Shown: positions 16,881 to 25,668, counted from the first letter of the stretch. The stretch is 32,000 bases of DNA from Erysipelotrichaceae bacterium OH741_COT-311 (GCA_003858585.1 RQZE01000003.1:60001-92000); one strand, 5' to 3'. Notes: generated by a model not told the origin, from the letters alone. Numbers and translations are program-made.

Positions 16881-17969
16881 ATGGAACGAAATAGCCGTAA
16901 TTTTCATTTGGATTTAATTAGAGTTTTTGCCTTATTTTTATTAATCGGACTACATTTTTTTCTGCACACAGGATTTTATCAGGAAGTTATTAACTCTAAT
17001 CGAGCTTTTTTAGTAACATTTTTAATTGTAATTTTCTTTTGTTGTGTTCCGTTGTTTATGCTTTTAACGGGATATTTACATTTAAATCAAACGTTAGAAA
17101 TGAAGTTTTATAAGAAACTGTTTAAAATTTATTTCACTTACTTTGTGATTGGCTGTATATGTTTTTTCTTTGAAAGTTATTATTTAGGAAGACAGCAGTC
17201 TATATTTGATTTTGTAAGAAAAACATTAGCTTTTTCCTTAGCTCCTTATGGTTGGTATGTAGAAATGTATATAGGACTTTTTCTACTTATTCCTTTTTTA
17301 GCGCTGTTGTATCGTAGTTTACCAAGTAAACTATGGAAAAAAAGATTAATATTTGTTTTAATCTTGTTAACTTCCGTTTCAAGTGTTGTAAATGCCTATG
17401 TATTTGATAGTGTATCTTGGTGGCTACAGCCTTCTTCCTCGAATGAGTTTATCAAAATTATTCCTCAATGGTGGGTTCAAATGTATCCTTTAACTTATTT
17501 TTTTATCGGATGTTATTTGCGAGAATATGGTTTAGAGATTAGTAGAAAAAATAATATCTTATATTTAGTATTATCGTTATTTTTCTTTGGTCTTTATAAT
17601 GTTTGGAGAAGTGTAGGTGGTTTATATGTTCATGGTGGTTGGAACTATTGGGAGTCTATAAATAATATAATTTTATCCTCTCTTATTTTTAATTTGTTAC
17701 TAAATATTCAATGGAGTTGGTTTCCTACATATCTTAAAACACTCATTTCAAAAATCTCCCATTTAGTATATGGTGCATATTTAATATCTTGGGTCTTTGA
17801 AGTTATTGTATATGAACATTTGAATCATTTTGTTCCTATTTCAAACAAAAGATTAGAATATTTTGTTATTGTTGTGCCTGTAATTATGATTCTTTCATTA
17901 ATAGGATCATACTTAGTTAATGTAGTTATGAAATTTGTTTTTAAATCATTTAAAACAATTAGGTTTTAA
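16881..17969 (+). CDS. Acyltransferase family 3 membrane O-acyl(acetyl)transferase (second copy)
   Basis: The protein is multi-TM and carries 'FHLDLIRVFALFLLIGLHFF' as its N-terminal block. AAAGGAG precedes the ATG. Confidence 0.8.
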   Translation: MERNSRNFHLDLIRVFALFLLIGLHFFLHTGFYQEVINSNRAFLVTFLIVIFFCCVPLFMLLTGYLHLNQTLEMKFYKKLFKIYFTYFVIGCICFFFESYYLGRQQSIFDFVRKTLAFSLAPYGWYVEMYIGLFLLIPFLALLYRSLPSKLWKKRLIFVLILLTSVSSVVNAYVFDSVSWWLQPSSSNEFIKIIPQWWVQMYPLTYFFIGCYLREYGLEISRKNNILYLVLSLFFFGLYNVWRSVGGLYVHGGWNYWESINNIILSSLIFNLLLNIQWSWFPTYLKTLISKISHLVYGAYLISWVFEVIVYEHLNHFVPISNKRLEYFVIVVPVIMILSLIGSYLVNVVMKFVFKSFKTIRF

Positions 17970-17970
17970 C

Positions 17971-17998
17971 AAGTGTATAGCAGTACACTTTTATTATT
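17971..17998 (+). terminator. Weak AT-rich stem-loop ending the first operon
   Basis: AAGTGTA (17971-17977) pairs with TACACTT (17984-17990) around a 6-nt loop. TTATTATT follows. The hairpin starts 2 nt after the TAA stop. Confidence 0.4.
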
Positions 17999-18026
17999 AG
18001 CATTTTTATGTATTTTTTGATAAAAT
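17997..18026 (+). promoter_or_regulatory. Promoter candidate: TTAGCA, 18 nt, extended -10 TGaTAAAAT
   Basis: TTAGCA lies at 17997-18002. TG lies at 18018-18019 and TAAAAT at 18021-18026, upstream of ATG 18053. Confidence 0.4.
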
Positions 18027-18052
18027 TATTGTGGATTTTAATGGGTGATTGT

Positions 18053-18727
18053 ATGAAAGAGATTTTACTTGTAATACCTGCTTATAATGAACAGGATAAT
18101 ATATTAAATGTATTAAAAGATATTGAAGATAATTTATCGAATTGTGATTATCTTTTTGTTAATGACTGTTCAAGTGATGGTACAGGTAAACTGTTAGATG
18201 AACACAACATCAATCATATTGATTTGCCGATTAACTTAGGACTGGCGGGTGCTGTACAAGCTGGTTATAAATATGCCTATTATCATGGATATCAAGCTGC
18301 TATTCAATTTGATGGAGATGGACAACACAAAGCCATCTACATTCATCAAATGAAACAAGAATTGGATAAGGGCTATGATATTGTCATTGGATCACGTTTT
18401 GTAAAGCAAAAGAAATCATTGAGTTTACGTATGCTTGGTAGTCGTATAATCTCGTTTTTAATTAAGCTTAAAACGGGTGTGACAATTAAAGATCCAACGA
18501 GCGGTATGCGTTTAATGAATCGTAAATTAATCTATGATTATGCTTTTAATATGAATCGCAAACCGGAGCCGGATACATTGGTGTATCAAATCGCTAAGGG
18601 AGCCAAGATCAAAGAAGTACAAGTGGAAATGAATGATCGTTTATATGGTTCAAGTATTTATCATAGTACATTTAATTCTGTAAAATATATGATTAATATC
18701 ATGATTTCGATTATCTTTTTTAACTAG
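18053..18727 (+). CDS. Short GT2 of the GtrB/CsbB/DPM1 type (polyprenyl-phosphate hexose/HexNAc synthase) without C-terminal TM helices
   Basis: The protein carries 'ILLVIPAYNEQDNILNVLKDI', 'VNDCSSDGT', 'QFDGDGQH' and 'DPTSGMRLMNRKL'. It ends after about 225 aa with only about 12 hydrophobic residues. I prefer ATG 18053 over the TTG at 18008. Confidence 0.75.
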   Translation: MKEILLVIPAYNEQDNILNVLKDIEDNLSNCDYLFVNDCSSDGTGKLLDEHNINHIDLPINLGLAGAVQAGYKYAYYHGYQAAIQFDGDGQHKAIYIHQMKQELDKGYDIVIGSRFVKQKKSLSLRMLGSRIISFLIKLKTGVTIKDPTSGMRLMNRKLIYDYAFNMNRKPEPDTLVYQIAKGAKIKEVQVEMNDRLYGSSIYHSTFNSVKYMINIMISIIFFN

Positions 18728-18736
18728 GAGGAAACT

Positions 18737-19108
18737 ATGTCATTACAAGTACAAATTTTATTAATTATTGGATCTGTCTTATTCTTCCTATTTTTAGTAC
18801 GTAATATAAAAAAATCAAAGTTATCGATTGAAATGGCTGTCATATGGGTGCTTTGGGGTATAGGCATTATTGTCATCAGTATATTTCCACAACTTGTATA
18901 TAAATTAACTCGTATGATTGGGATACAGGCTCCAATCAATACCATCTTCTTAATTATGATTTTCTTATTATATACCTTAACGTTTTTTCTGTATATTAAG
19001 ATTTCTGTTTTAGAAGATAAAACAAAGAGTGCTATTCAAGAAATTGCATTGCTTAGAAAGGAATTAGAAGATTATGCTGGTAAGCATCGTAATTCCAATC
19101 TACAATAG
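18737..19108 (+). CDS. DUF2304-like small membrane protein (3 TM plus a C-terminal amphipathic/coiled-coil tail)
   Basis: Three hydrophobic helices are followed by 'LEDKTKSAIQEIALLRKELEDY'. AGGAGG lies 9 nt after the GT2 stop. I recall the GT2 plus DUF2304 pairing as common, but could not verify it here. Confidence 0.55.
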   Translation: MSLQVQILLIIGSVLFFLFLVRNIKKSKLSIEMAVIWVLWGIGIIVISIFPQLVYKLTRMIGIQAPINTIFLIMIFLLYTLTFFLYIKISVLEDKTKSAIQEIALLRKELEDYAGKHRNSNLQ

Positions 19109-20009
19109 TGAAGTTTATTTAGAAAAATGCTTAGATTCTTTGATTCAACAAACTTACCAACAGATTGAAATCATTTGTGTAAATGATGGTTCCACCGATG
19201 GTTCCTTGGATTGTTTAAATAAGTATGGGATAAAAGATAAACGTTTGAAAATCATTACAATTGAAAATGCCGGGCAAGGAAATGCACGTAATGTAGGTAT
19301 GTTGCACGCATCTGGTGAGTATTTGATGTTTATTGATAGCGATGATTATGTTGATAAGGATTATGTAGAGCGCTATGTAGAATGTGTAAGTGATTATGAT
19401 CTTGTTTATGGCTACATTCACCGTATTTTTGAAGATAGACCAAATTATTTAGAGAAAAGCTTTAAGTATCAAGCGAGTGAAAGTCAAAAGGAAGGTCGTG
19501 TGAATGAGGTACCAAGTGTTATTTTAGATGTCATCAATGCTCCTTATGCTAAGTTAATTCGCAAGGCTTTCTTATTAGAACACGAAGTATTCTTTCCTGT
19601 AGGAATGATTTATGAAGATGCGGTTTTTACACAGAAACTATTAAGCTATAATCCTAAAGTATATGGTATGGATTACATGGGTTATCAATACATTGTACAT
19701 AAAGGTTCAACCATGACAAACAACCGTAAGATTACAGATATGTTTAAAGCTGCAGAATTAATTCTAAATCAATATCAACAGACACCTTACTATTCGTTAG
19801 TGAAGCAAGAATTAGACTATTATATTTTTCATCACGTAGCGATTGGTTTGGTATATCGACAATTTAAATTTAATCCATTTAAGGTTATAAAAATGATAAA
19901 AGAAACAAAGACATTCTTAAGGAAACATAATATAGAATTAAAAAAGAACGGTTATTTAAAGAGACAAGGGTTTATAATCAAGGCTTTTTATCAATTATAT
20001 CGAGGTTAA
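19074..20009 (+). CDS. GT2 glycosyltransferase
   Basis: The protein carries 'VSIVIPIYNSEVYLEKCLDSLIQQTYQQIEIICVNDGSTDGS' and 'IDSDDY'. It overlaps the upstream gene by 35 nt. Confidence 0.85.
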   Translation: MLVSIVIPIYNSEVYLEKCLDSLIQQTYQQIEIICVNDGSTDGSLDCLNKYGIKDKRLKIITIENAGQGNARNVGMLHASGEYLMFIDSDDYVDKDYVERYVECVSDYDLVYGYIHRIFEDRPNYLEKSFKYQASESQKEGRVNEVPSVILDVINAPYAKLIRKAFLLEHEVFFPVGMIYEDAVFTQKLLSYNPKVYGMDYMGYQYIVHKGSTMTNNRKITDMFKAAELILNQYQQTPYYSLVKQELDYYIFHHVAIGLVYRQFKFNPFKVIKMIKETKTFLRKHNIELKKNGYLKRQGFIIKAFYQLYRG

Positions 20010-20012
20010 TAT

Positions 20013-21305
20013 ATGAAAAAAAAGAATTATTTTATTATTATTTTATTTATTATTTTATCCATTGTCACGTTTATTAGCCCAATGGTAGCAGATGATTATG
20101 GATATATTAATGTACTTGGAGAAGGTAGACGTATTTCATCTTTATGGGATATTTTTATTTCTCAAGCGAATCAATATCGTTTGATGAATGGGCGTGTTTT
20201 AGCACATTTTTTTGCACAGTTATTTTTATGGATGCCAAGAATTGTTTTTAGTGTAGTTAATGCAGGTATTATTATCGCTTATTTATTAAAGATTACAGAA
20301 ATCAGTAAAAAAAATACATTGCTTGATTTTGTAATCGTAGGTTTAATGTTTTTATTTTTTATGCCGGCTATTGGAAATACGATATTCTGGTTAACCGGTT
20401 CAACGAATTATCTGTGGACAACAACTTTTATACTTTTTTACTTGCACATTCTTTATCTATGGCTATTTGAAGATAAAGATGTACATAAATGGTATGTTAT
20501 ATTAGGTTTTTTTGCAGGTGCTTGTAATGAAAATACTTCAGCTTCTATCATTGCGATAACATTGTTTTCTCTTGTTATAAAATGGTTCTTAACCAAACAG
20601 ATAAATAGAGTAATATTGATTACGTTTCTTGCCAGCGTATCTTCATTTATTTTTATGATTTTAGCTCCTGGAAATGCCAATCGATTAGCTTACGTTTCTA
20701 ATGGTCAAAAAGCAACTTTGACAACGTATATTAACCGTATTTTTGATGTTACGAAAGTTGCGTTATTTACGGAACATTTATGGGTTTTAATTTTTATTAT
20801 TATTGGTTTATTTATATATTATTTATATAAAAAAGACTTTAATAGAGTATTGAGAGGATTCTTTTTCTTTGTTATTGCCTTAATGGCAAACTATGCCATG
20901 ATTATTCCGGGTGTTTATCCTGATCGAGCTATGTTTGGATTTGTAAGTTTATTGCTTATTACATTTTATGTTTTATTGCCTGTATTCCATGCAAAACAAG
21001 GAGTTATCATTGCTTTATTGTTAGCTATTTGTACTGCACAAATTCTATATCAAGGGGCATTTGAACTTGCGTATGTTTCTTATCATTGCTACTTGCGTGA
21101 TAAACGTATTCAACAACAAAAACAAAAAGGTATTTTAGTGTTTGATGATGAAGAATTTATTGGTGGAATTTATAAGTTGAATCCAAAGGCAAATATGGCA
21201 GATTTATCACGTGATAGTAAGCATTGGTTTAATCGTGGGTTTGCTCATTATCATGGTATTGAAAGTATAAAATCGAATAATTCTCCAATATATGGACATG
21301 AGTAA
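20013..21305 (+). CDS. Polytopic membrane protein; candidate GT-C-type extracytoplasmic glycosyltransferase (DUF6056-like by recollection)
   Basis: The protein has about 10-11 TM helices. An acidic 'MVADDYGY' motif follows TM1 directly, in the position of the GT-C first-loop Asp motif. The C-terminal tail is soluble. Confidence 0.45.
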   Translation: MKKKNYFIIILFIILSIVTFISPMVADDYGYINVLGEGRRISSLWDIFISQANQYRLMNGRVLAHFFAQLFLWMPRIVFSVVNAGIIIAYLLKITEISKKNTLLDFVIVGLMFLFFMPAIGNTIFWLTGSTNYLWTTTFILFYLHILYLWLFEDKDVHKWYVILGFFAGACNENTSASIIAITLFSLVIKWFLTKQINRVILITFLASVSSFIFMILAPGNANRLAYVSNGQKATLTTYINRIFDVTKVALFTEHLWVLIFIIIGLFIYYLYKKDFNRVLRGFFFFVIALMANYAMIIPGVYPDRAMFGFVSLLLITFYVLLPVFHAKQGVIIALLLAICTAQILYQGAFELAYVSYHCYLRDKRIQQQKQKGILVFDDEEFIGGIYKLNPKANMADLSRDSKHWFNRGFAHYHGIESIKSNNSPIYGHE

Positions 21306-21319
21306 GAAAGGGTAAAAAA

Positions 21320-23236
21320 ATGAAGACATTAATACCAACGATAATGGCATTTGGTATAATACTGTATTTGTCTTTTTGTTATGGATTAATTGGTAGAATG
21401 TGGTTTTCAAAAATAAAATATACAACACCTTTGGGTTTTTATATTCTTTTGGGCGTTCACTACATACTTATGATTCCTTTATCTAAATTTTATTTAGATA
21501 AAGGAATAGCTACTAATGTACTAGGTACACTTATATATATCCATCTTTTTATTTCATCGTGTATTTTAATTTTGTATCTGATAAAACATAAAAAAAATAT
21601 TAAATTTAAAATTGATTGGAAAGATATTTCAGTGGTAGGTTTCTTTTTGATGATTTGTCTTTTAACCATTTACTTCTTTGTAGACTTAGATCCAAGAAGT
21701 CCTGGAGATAACTATTTTTATCTGGGCTATGTATGGGAAAATGTTATAAATAAAGATATCAATGTTGTTGATCCATTTAGTGGTGTTATTGGTTATGTTA
21801 TTTTACCGATTTATCGTTTTCAAAGTTATTACCATCTGATTAGCGGTTTATTCAAACTAGTGCAATCTAATCCGTTTTTATTTTCCATTTGGATCATTCC
21901 TTTATGGCTAGTGTATATCAATGTATTGACAATCATTAACTTTTTGAATTATAAAAAATATTCTTATTTACTACTTTTTGTTGCGATACCGTTTATAGTA
22001 AGTTATGGTGAGCTTTCACAGGCGATTAATGGTAGTAATTTTAAGTTTTCGTTATTTGTTTACTTGTATTTTGTGTATCAGTATTTCAAAGAGAAGCCAA
22101 GTAATGTTCTGGCAATCTTGTTATTTTCAGCTGGATTGTCTTTGCATTCAACGTTTATGTTTCAAGGGTTAATGATGTTGTTTGTTATGACACTGTTAAA
22201 TCGGAAAGAACATAATTATATTGATATCCTTGTTTATAGTTTATTACCTTTTTTTATCTATTTATTACAATTTTATGGATATTATCAATACATGATGTGG
22301 ATTGTTTTGGTATATGCACTTTATTACGGGATAGGCAAGTTTACAAAAATTGATCCGGTTATATTTTTGTATATTAGTAAATGTATTGCGTATGTAGTCA
22401 TATTGGTGATCGTTGTATATGGTGTATATTCTGTTGTGTATTCTATAAATACTCCGTTTAATGCAATAGATTTCTTCCAACATTTGCAACAATCCATTAC
22501 CTTTCAAGAAAGCTATGATGTATTTATATATGGTTTATTGCTTCTTAGCCTTTTATTTAACTATAAACAGCGTGTCGTAAAGTATAGTTTATTGATGATT
22601 TTAGTGTTCTATAATCCTATTTCTATTTATTTTGTAAGTAATTTCATTACACAGGAAGTGTATTTTAGAATACGTGAAGTTTTTATTCAAAATCCGGTTA
22701 TTGTTTTACAACTAATTGTGTTATTAAATTATCGTAAAATTGGAATAGTCATAGCTTCCCTTTGCGCTTTAGTAGAATTTAAAATGGCTTATCCAAGTAT
22801 CACAATCTATGATGATGTAAAATCAAATTTATATCGTATGCCTTATGCTTTGGTCGATATGGCTGTTAAATTAAATCATCTAGATACGAATGTAGATGGG
22901 AAATTCAGGGCTTCTGTGGTATCAAGTGATGTACGTTTGCGATTATTTACTCGTAATTTTAGCTATCTGTATTCCGTATATGATGAGCGTCAACAACAAC
23001 TTTCAGTAGGACAACAAGTAGATAAACCGATTTGGAATTTAGTAGCTGCTATGAATAAATCTGAGTATTTTAAAGAAAGTCTAGGTGTTATTTCTTATGG
23101 AATCTTTGAATATCAGGTAGATTATCTTGTGTTAGATAAATTTCAGGCTAAAGAGATTTACGGGGCAATCGATAATATATGTAATCCGGTCAGTGAAAAT
23201 GAAGAGTATATTGCTTATAAGTGTTATTACAAATAG
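21320..23236 (+). CDS. Large polytopic membrane protein with a ~150-aa C-terminal soluble domain; function unknown (candidate GT-C-like transferase or polymerase)
   Basis: The 638-aa protein has about 14 or more hydrophobic helices. It has an acidic loop 'VDLDPRSPGDNYFY' and a soluble C-terminus. I recognised no family signature. Confidence 0.4.
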   Translation: MKTLIPTIMAFGIILYLSFCYGLIGRMWFSKIKYTTPLGFYILLGVHYILMIPLSKFYLDKGIATNVLGTLIYIHLFISSCILILYLIKHKKNIKFKIDWKDISVVGFFLMICLLTIYFFVDLDPRSPGDNYFYLGYVWENVINKDINVVDPFSGVIGYVILPIYRFQSYYHLISGLFKLVQSNPFLFSIWIIPLWLVYINVLTIINFLNYKKYSYLLLFVAIPFIVSYGELSQAINGSNFKFSLFVYLYFVYQYFKEKPSNVLAILLFSAGLSLHSTFMFQGLMMLFVMTLLNRKEHNYIDILVYSLLPFFIYLLQFYGYYQYMMWIVLVYALYYGIGKFTKIDPVIFLYISKCIAYVVILVIVVYGVYSVVYSINTPFNAIDFFQHLQQSITFQESYDVFIYGLLLLSLLFNYKQRVVKYSLLMILVFYNPISIYFVSNFITQEVYFRIREVFIQNPVIVLQLIVLLNYRKIGIVIASLCALVEFKMAYPSITIYDDVKSNLYRMPYALVDMAVKLNHLDTNVDGKFRASVVSSDVRLRLFTRNFSYLYSVYDERQQQLSVGQQVDKPIWNLVAAMNKSEYFKESLGVISYGIFEYQVDYLVLDKFQAKEIYGAIDNICNPVSENEEYIAYKCYYK

Positions 23237-23241
23237 TAATG

Positions 23242-23264
23242 ACACTTTTTTGTGACAAAAGTGT
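23242..23264 (+). terminator. Weak AT-rich stem-loop after the 21320-23236 gene
   Basis: ACACTTTT (23242-23249) pairs with AAAAGTGT (23257-23264) around a 7-nt loop. There is no clear U-tract. Confidence 0.25.
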
Positions 23265-23280
23265 TATATTCAAAAATGAC

Positions 23281-23309
23281 TTCAAAATTGAATAAAAATT
23301 AGGTATAAT
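23281..23309 (+). promoter_or_regulatory. Promoter candidate: TTCAAA, 17 nt, TATAAT
   Basis: TTCAAA lies at 23281-23286 and TATAAT at 23304-23309, with a second TATAAT at 23311-23316. GGAGGTG at 23324-23330 precedes ATG 23335. Confidence 0.5.
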
Positions 23310-23334
23310 ATATAATGTTTTTTGGAGGTGGACC

Positions 23335-25665
23335 ATGAATAAAAAGCAAATTAACAGTATATTAACGGTTCTATGCTTTGTTCCCTTAATGGTAGCTTTG
23401 TATACTTGTTATAGGGTAAATGCATTTGGTGGACTTGAAGATGGTCACAAATTAGTTATTTATTTTGTATTAATATTATTAGCAGTTCTAGTTGGTTTTT
23501 TAGGAATTTATTTATTACATTCAAAGTTAAAGAAAAAAGTAAAGACATCCATTACAGTAGTATCGGTGATTTTATCAGCTATTTTTGTTGGTGCAAATAT
23601 TTATGCTTCAAGTTTACTTACAAAAGTACACGATACCTTAACAAAGATTTCGACTCAAGAAGAAACCCATATTGGTGGTATTGTAGTGTTAAATGACAGT
23701 AACTATAAGAGTGTCAGTGAATTAAAAGGTAAAAAGATTGGGCATTTTGAGCTACAATCAAGCATGGAAAACTATGTTATTCCTATGAGTATTTTATCGG
23801 ATGCGGGAATTGATAAAGATGTAACTTATGTATCTTTTAATGATATGAGTTCTCTAATTGATGCACTGTATTCAGGTAAAGTAGATGCGATTATGGCTAG
23901 TTCAAGTTATATTTCAACATTTGAAAACTTGGAAGGATATGCAGATGTTGCTCTAAAGACAACCATGATTGAATCAAAAGAAGAAACAAAATTAGTAGAA
24001 ATTGATAATAAAGGAGATATTACAGCTTTACAAGAACCGTTTGCGGTTTTGTTTATGGGTGTAGATACGAATAAGCCATCTAAGAATGGTAGTTTAGTTG
24101 GTAATGCGGATGCGTTGTTTTTAGCAACAGTCAATCCAAAGAACTATACAATCAATATTACAAGCATTCCACGTGACTCTTATGTTCCTATCGCATGTTA
24201 TGGAGATAAACGTCGAGATAAGATTACACATTCTAATGTTGGTGGAACAGAGTGTGTTGTAAATACAGTAGCTGATTTATTTGATATTAAGATTGACTAT
24301 TATATTAAAATTAATTTTAAAGGATTAGAAGATTTAGTAGATGCCTTAGGTGGTGTTTATGTTGAAGTAGATGCTGAAAAATATCCAAACGGTGTGGTTG
24401 GACAAAATGGAAAACGTCACTATGAAAGTGGATATAAATGGATTTGGGTACCACCTGGAAAGAATAAAGTAAGCGGTGAACAAGCATTAGCTTATGCACG
24501 TATTCGTAAGACATTGGAAAATGGAGCAACAGAACGTGCAGCTAACCAAACCATAGTGATTGATGGTATCATTAAGGAGTTTTTATCACTAGATACAGCT
24601 GGTAAGATTTTTGATGTATTGGATGTAGCGGGTAAAAATATTCAAACTAACTTTACAGCAGATCAAATGACATCGTTTTATACATTGGGGATTGAAATTT
24701 TGAATCGTTCTCACAACTTAAATGTAAATGATTCTGTTATTATTGATTATTATCTAGTGTCTGGATATGATCGTAAGATTTATCATGACGGAGAAGAAAA
24801 ATTATTATATTACTATGTTCCATTTGAAGGAAGTATTAAAGATATTAAGAAAAAGATTCATCAAAATCTAGGATTAGAGCCTTATGATAAAGTAGGATCG
24901 TTTGATTATGATTCAAAAGTTGTATATACAAAAGACAATGCAGTATTTTATTACTATGATGAAAAACAGGAAGTATTCCAAGTTCCTGATTTAGTTCCTG
25001 ATATGTATGGTATGGATGTAAATGATGCGATTGCTTGGGCACAAGCAAGAGGTATTGGTTATAGCATTAATGAAATCTTGCCGGGACATGAATTGTATAA
25101 TGAATCATTAGGAAATGGTTTTGTTATTGGGCATAATGAAAAGATTAATCGTCGTTCAAGTAAAGTGTCTAATATTGTTATTAACGTAATTAAGACAAAT
25201 ACAGTAGTAGCGACTCCAGAGATTAAGTTGAGTAAAACACAAGATAGTATTATTGTTGGTGATCCATTACCAAGCTTACCTGAAGCAAAGGCATATAATG
25301 CTAAGGGTCAAGATGTATCAACGAATATTCAAGTAGCTGGTAATCGTGATAATACAGTGGCAGGTACGTATGTGGTCGTATTTAGTGTAGTTATCGATGG
25401 ACAAACATACACTGCAAATTACACGTTGACAGTAAATCCTAAGGTTACACAGCCATCGTCATCAAGTTCATCAACGACATCTGAAACAACATCACAAGAT
25501 ACAACAACGCCAACACAAGCAACACAACCAACAAATCCAAACACAGAACAACCAAATCCGGGAGAACAACAACCAAATCCTAGTCCAGGGGATGGTGGTT
25601 CAGCTGGAGGTGAAGTACAGCCAAATGTACAACCTCAAGCGAATAATGATACTGTTACACCATAA
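23335..25665 (+). CDS. LCP (LytR-CpsA-Psr) family glycopolymer-to-cell-wall phosphotransferase with extra domains
   Basis: There are three N-terminal TM helices. The LCP core is 'FAVLFMGVDTN...NADALFLATVNPKNYTINITSIPRDSYVPI...IKINFKGLEDLVDALGGVYVEV...EQALAYARIRK'. It is flanked by a periplasmic-binding-protein-like segment, a PASTA-like segment, an Ig-like segment and an S/T/P/Q-rich tail. Confidence 0.85.
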   Translation: MNKKQINSILTVLCFVPLMVALYTCYRVNAFGGLEDGHKLVIYFVLILLAVLVGFLGIYLLHSKLKKKVKTSITVVSVILSAIFVGANIYASSLLTKVHDTLTKISTQEETHIGGIVVLNDSNYKSVSELKGKKIGHFELQSSMENYVIPMSILSDAGIDKDVTYVSFNDMSSLIDALYSGKVDAIMASSSYISTFENLEGYADVALKTTMIESKEETKLVEIDNKGDITALQEPFAVLFMGVDTNKPSKNGSLVGNADALFLATVNPKNYTINITSIPRDSYVPIACYGDKRRDKITHSNVGGTECVVNTVADLFDIKIDYYIKINFKGLEDLVDALGGVYVEVDAEKYPNGVVGQNGKRHYESGYKWIWVPPGKNKVSGEQALAYARIRKTLENGATERAANQTIVIDGIIKEFLSLDTAGKIFDVLDVAGKNIQTNFTADQMTSFYTLGIEILNRSHNLNVNDSVIIDYYLVSGYDRKIYHDGEEKLLYYYVPFEGSIKDIKKKIHQNLGLEPYDKVGSFDYDSKVVYTKDNAVFYYYDEKQEVFQVPDLVPDMYGMDVNDAIAWAQARGIGYSINEILPGHELYNESLGNGFVIGHNEKINRRSSKVSNIVINVIKTNTVVATPEIKLSKTQDSIIVGDPLPSLPEAKAYNAKGQDVSTNIQVAGNRDNTVAGTYVVVFSVVIDGQTYTANYTLTVNPKVTQPSSSSSSTTSETTSQDTTTPTQATQPTNPNTEQPNPGEQQPNPSPGDGGSAGGEVQPNVQPQANNDTVTP
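25438..25662 (+). repeat. Low-complexity S/T/P/Q/N-rich coding tail of the LCP gene with short imperfect repeats
   Basis: The translation is 'PKVTQPSSSSSSTTSETTSQDTTTPTQATQPTNPNTEQPNPGEQQPNPSPGDGG...'. The unit gaacaaccaaatcc recurs, and the stretch is visibly richer in C/A than its surroundings. Confidence 0.6.
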
Positions 25666-25668
25666 GAA

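Noticed and set aside
20013-20030. Homopolymer runs as possible phase-variation switches. Examples are A8 after ATG 20013, A8 at 21590-21597, T7 at 25913-25919, T7 near 26083 and A7 at 28426-28432.
   Set aside because: Runs of 7-8 A/T are expected by chance in DNA this AT-rich. None is exceptionally long, and I cannot see population variation from a single sequence.
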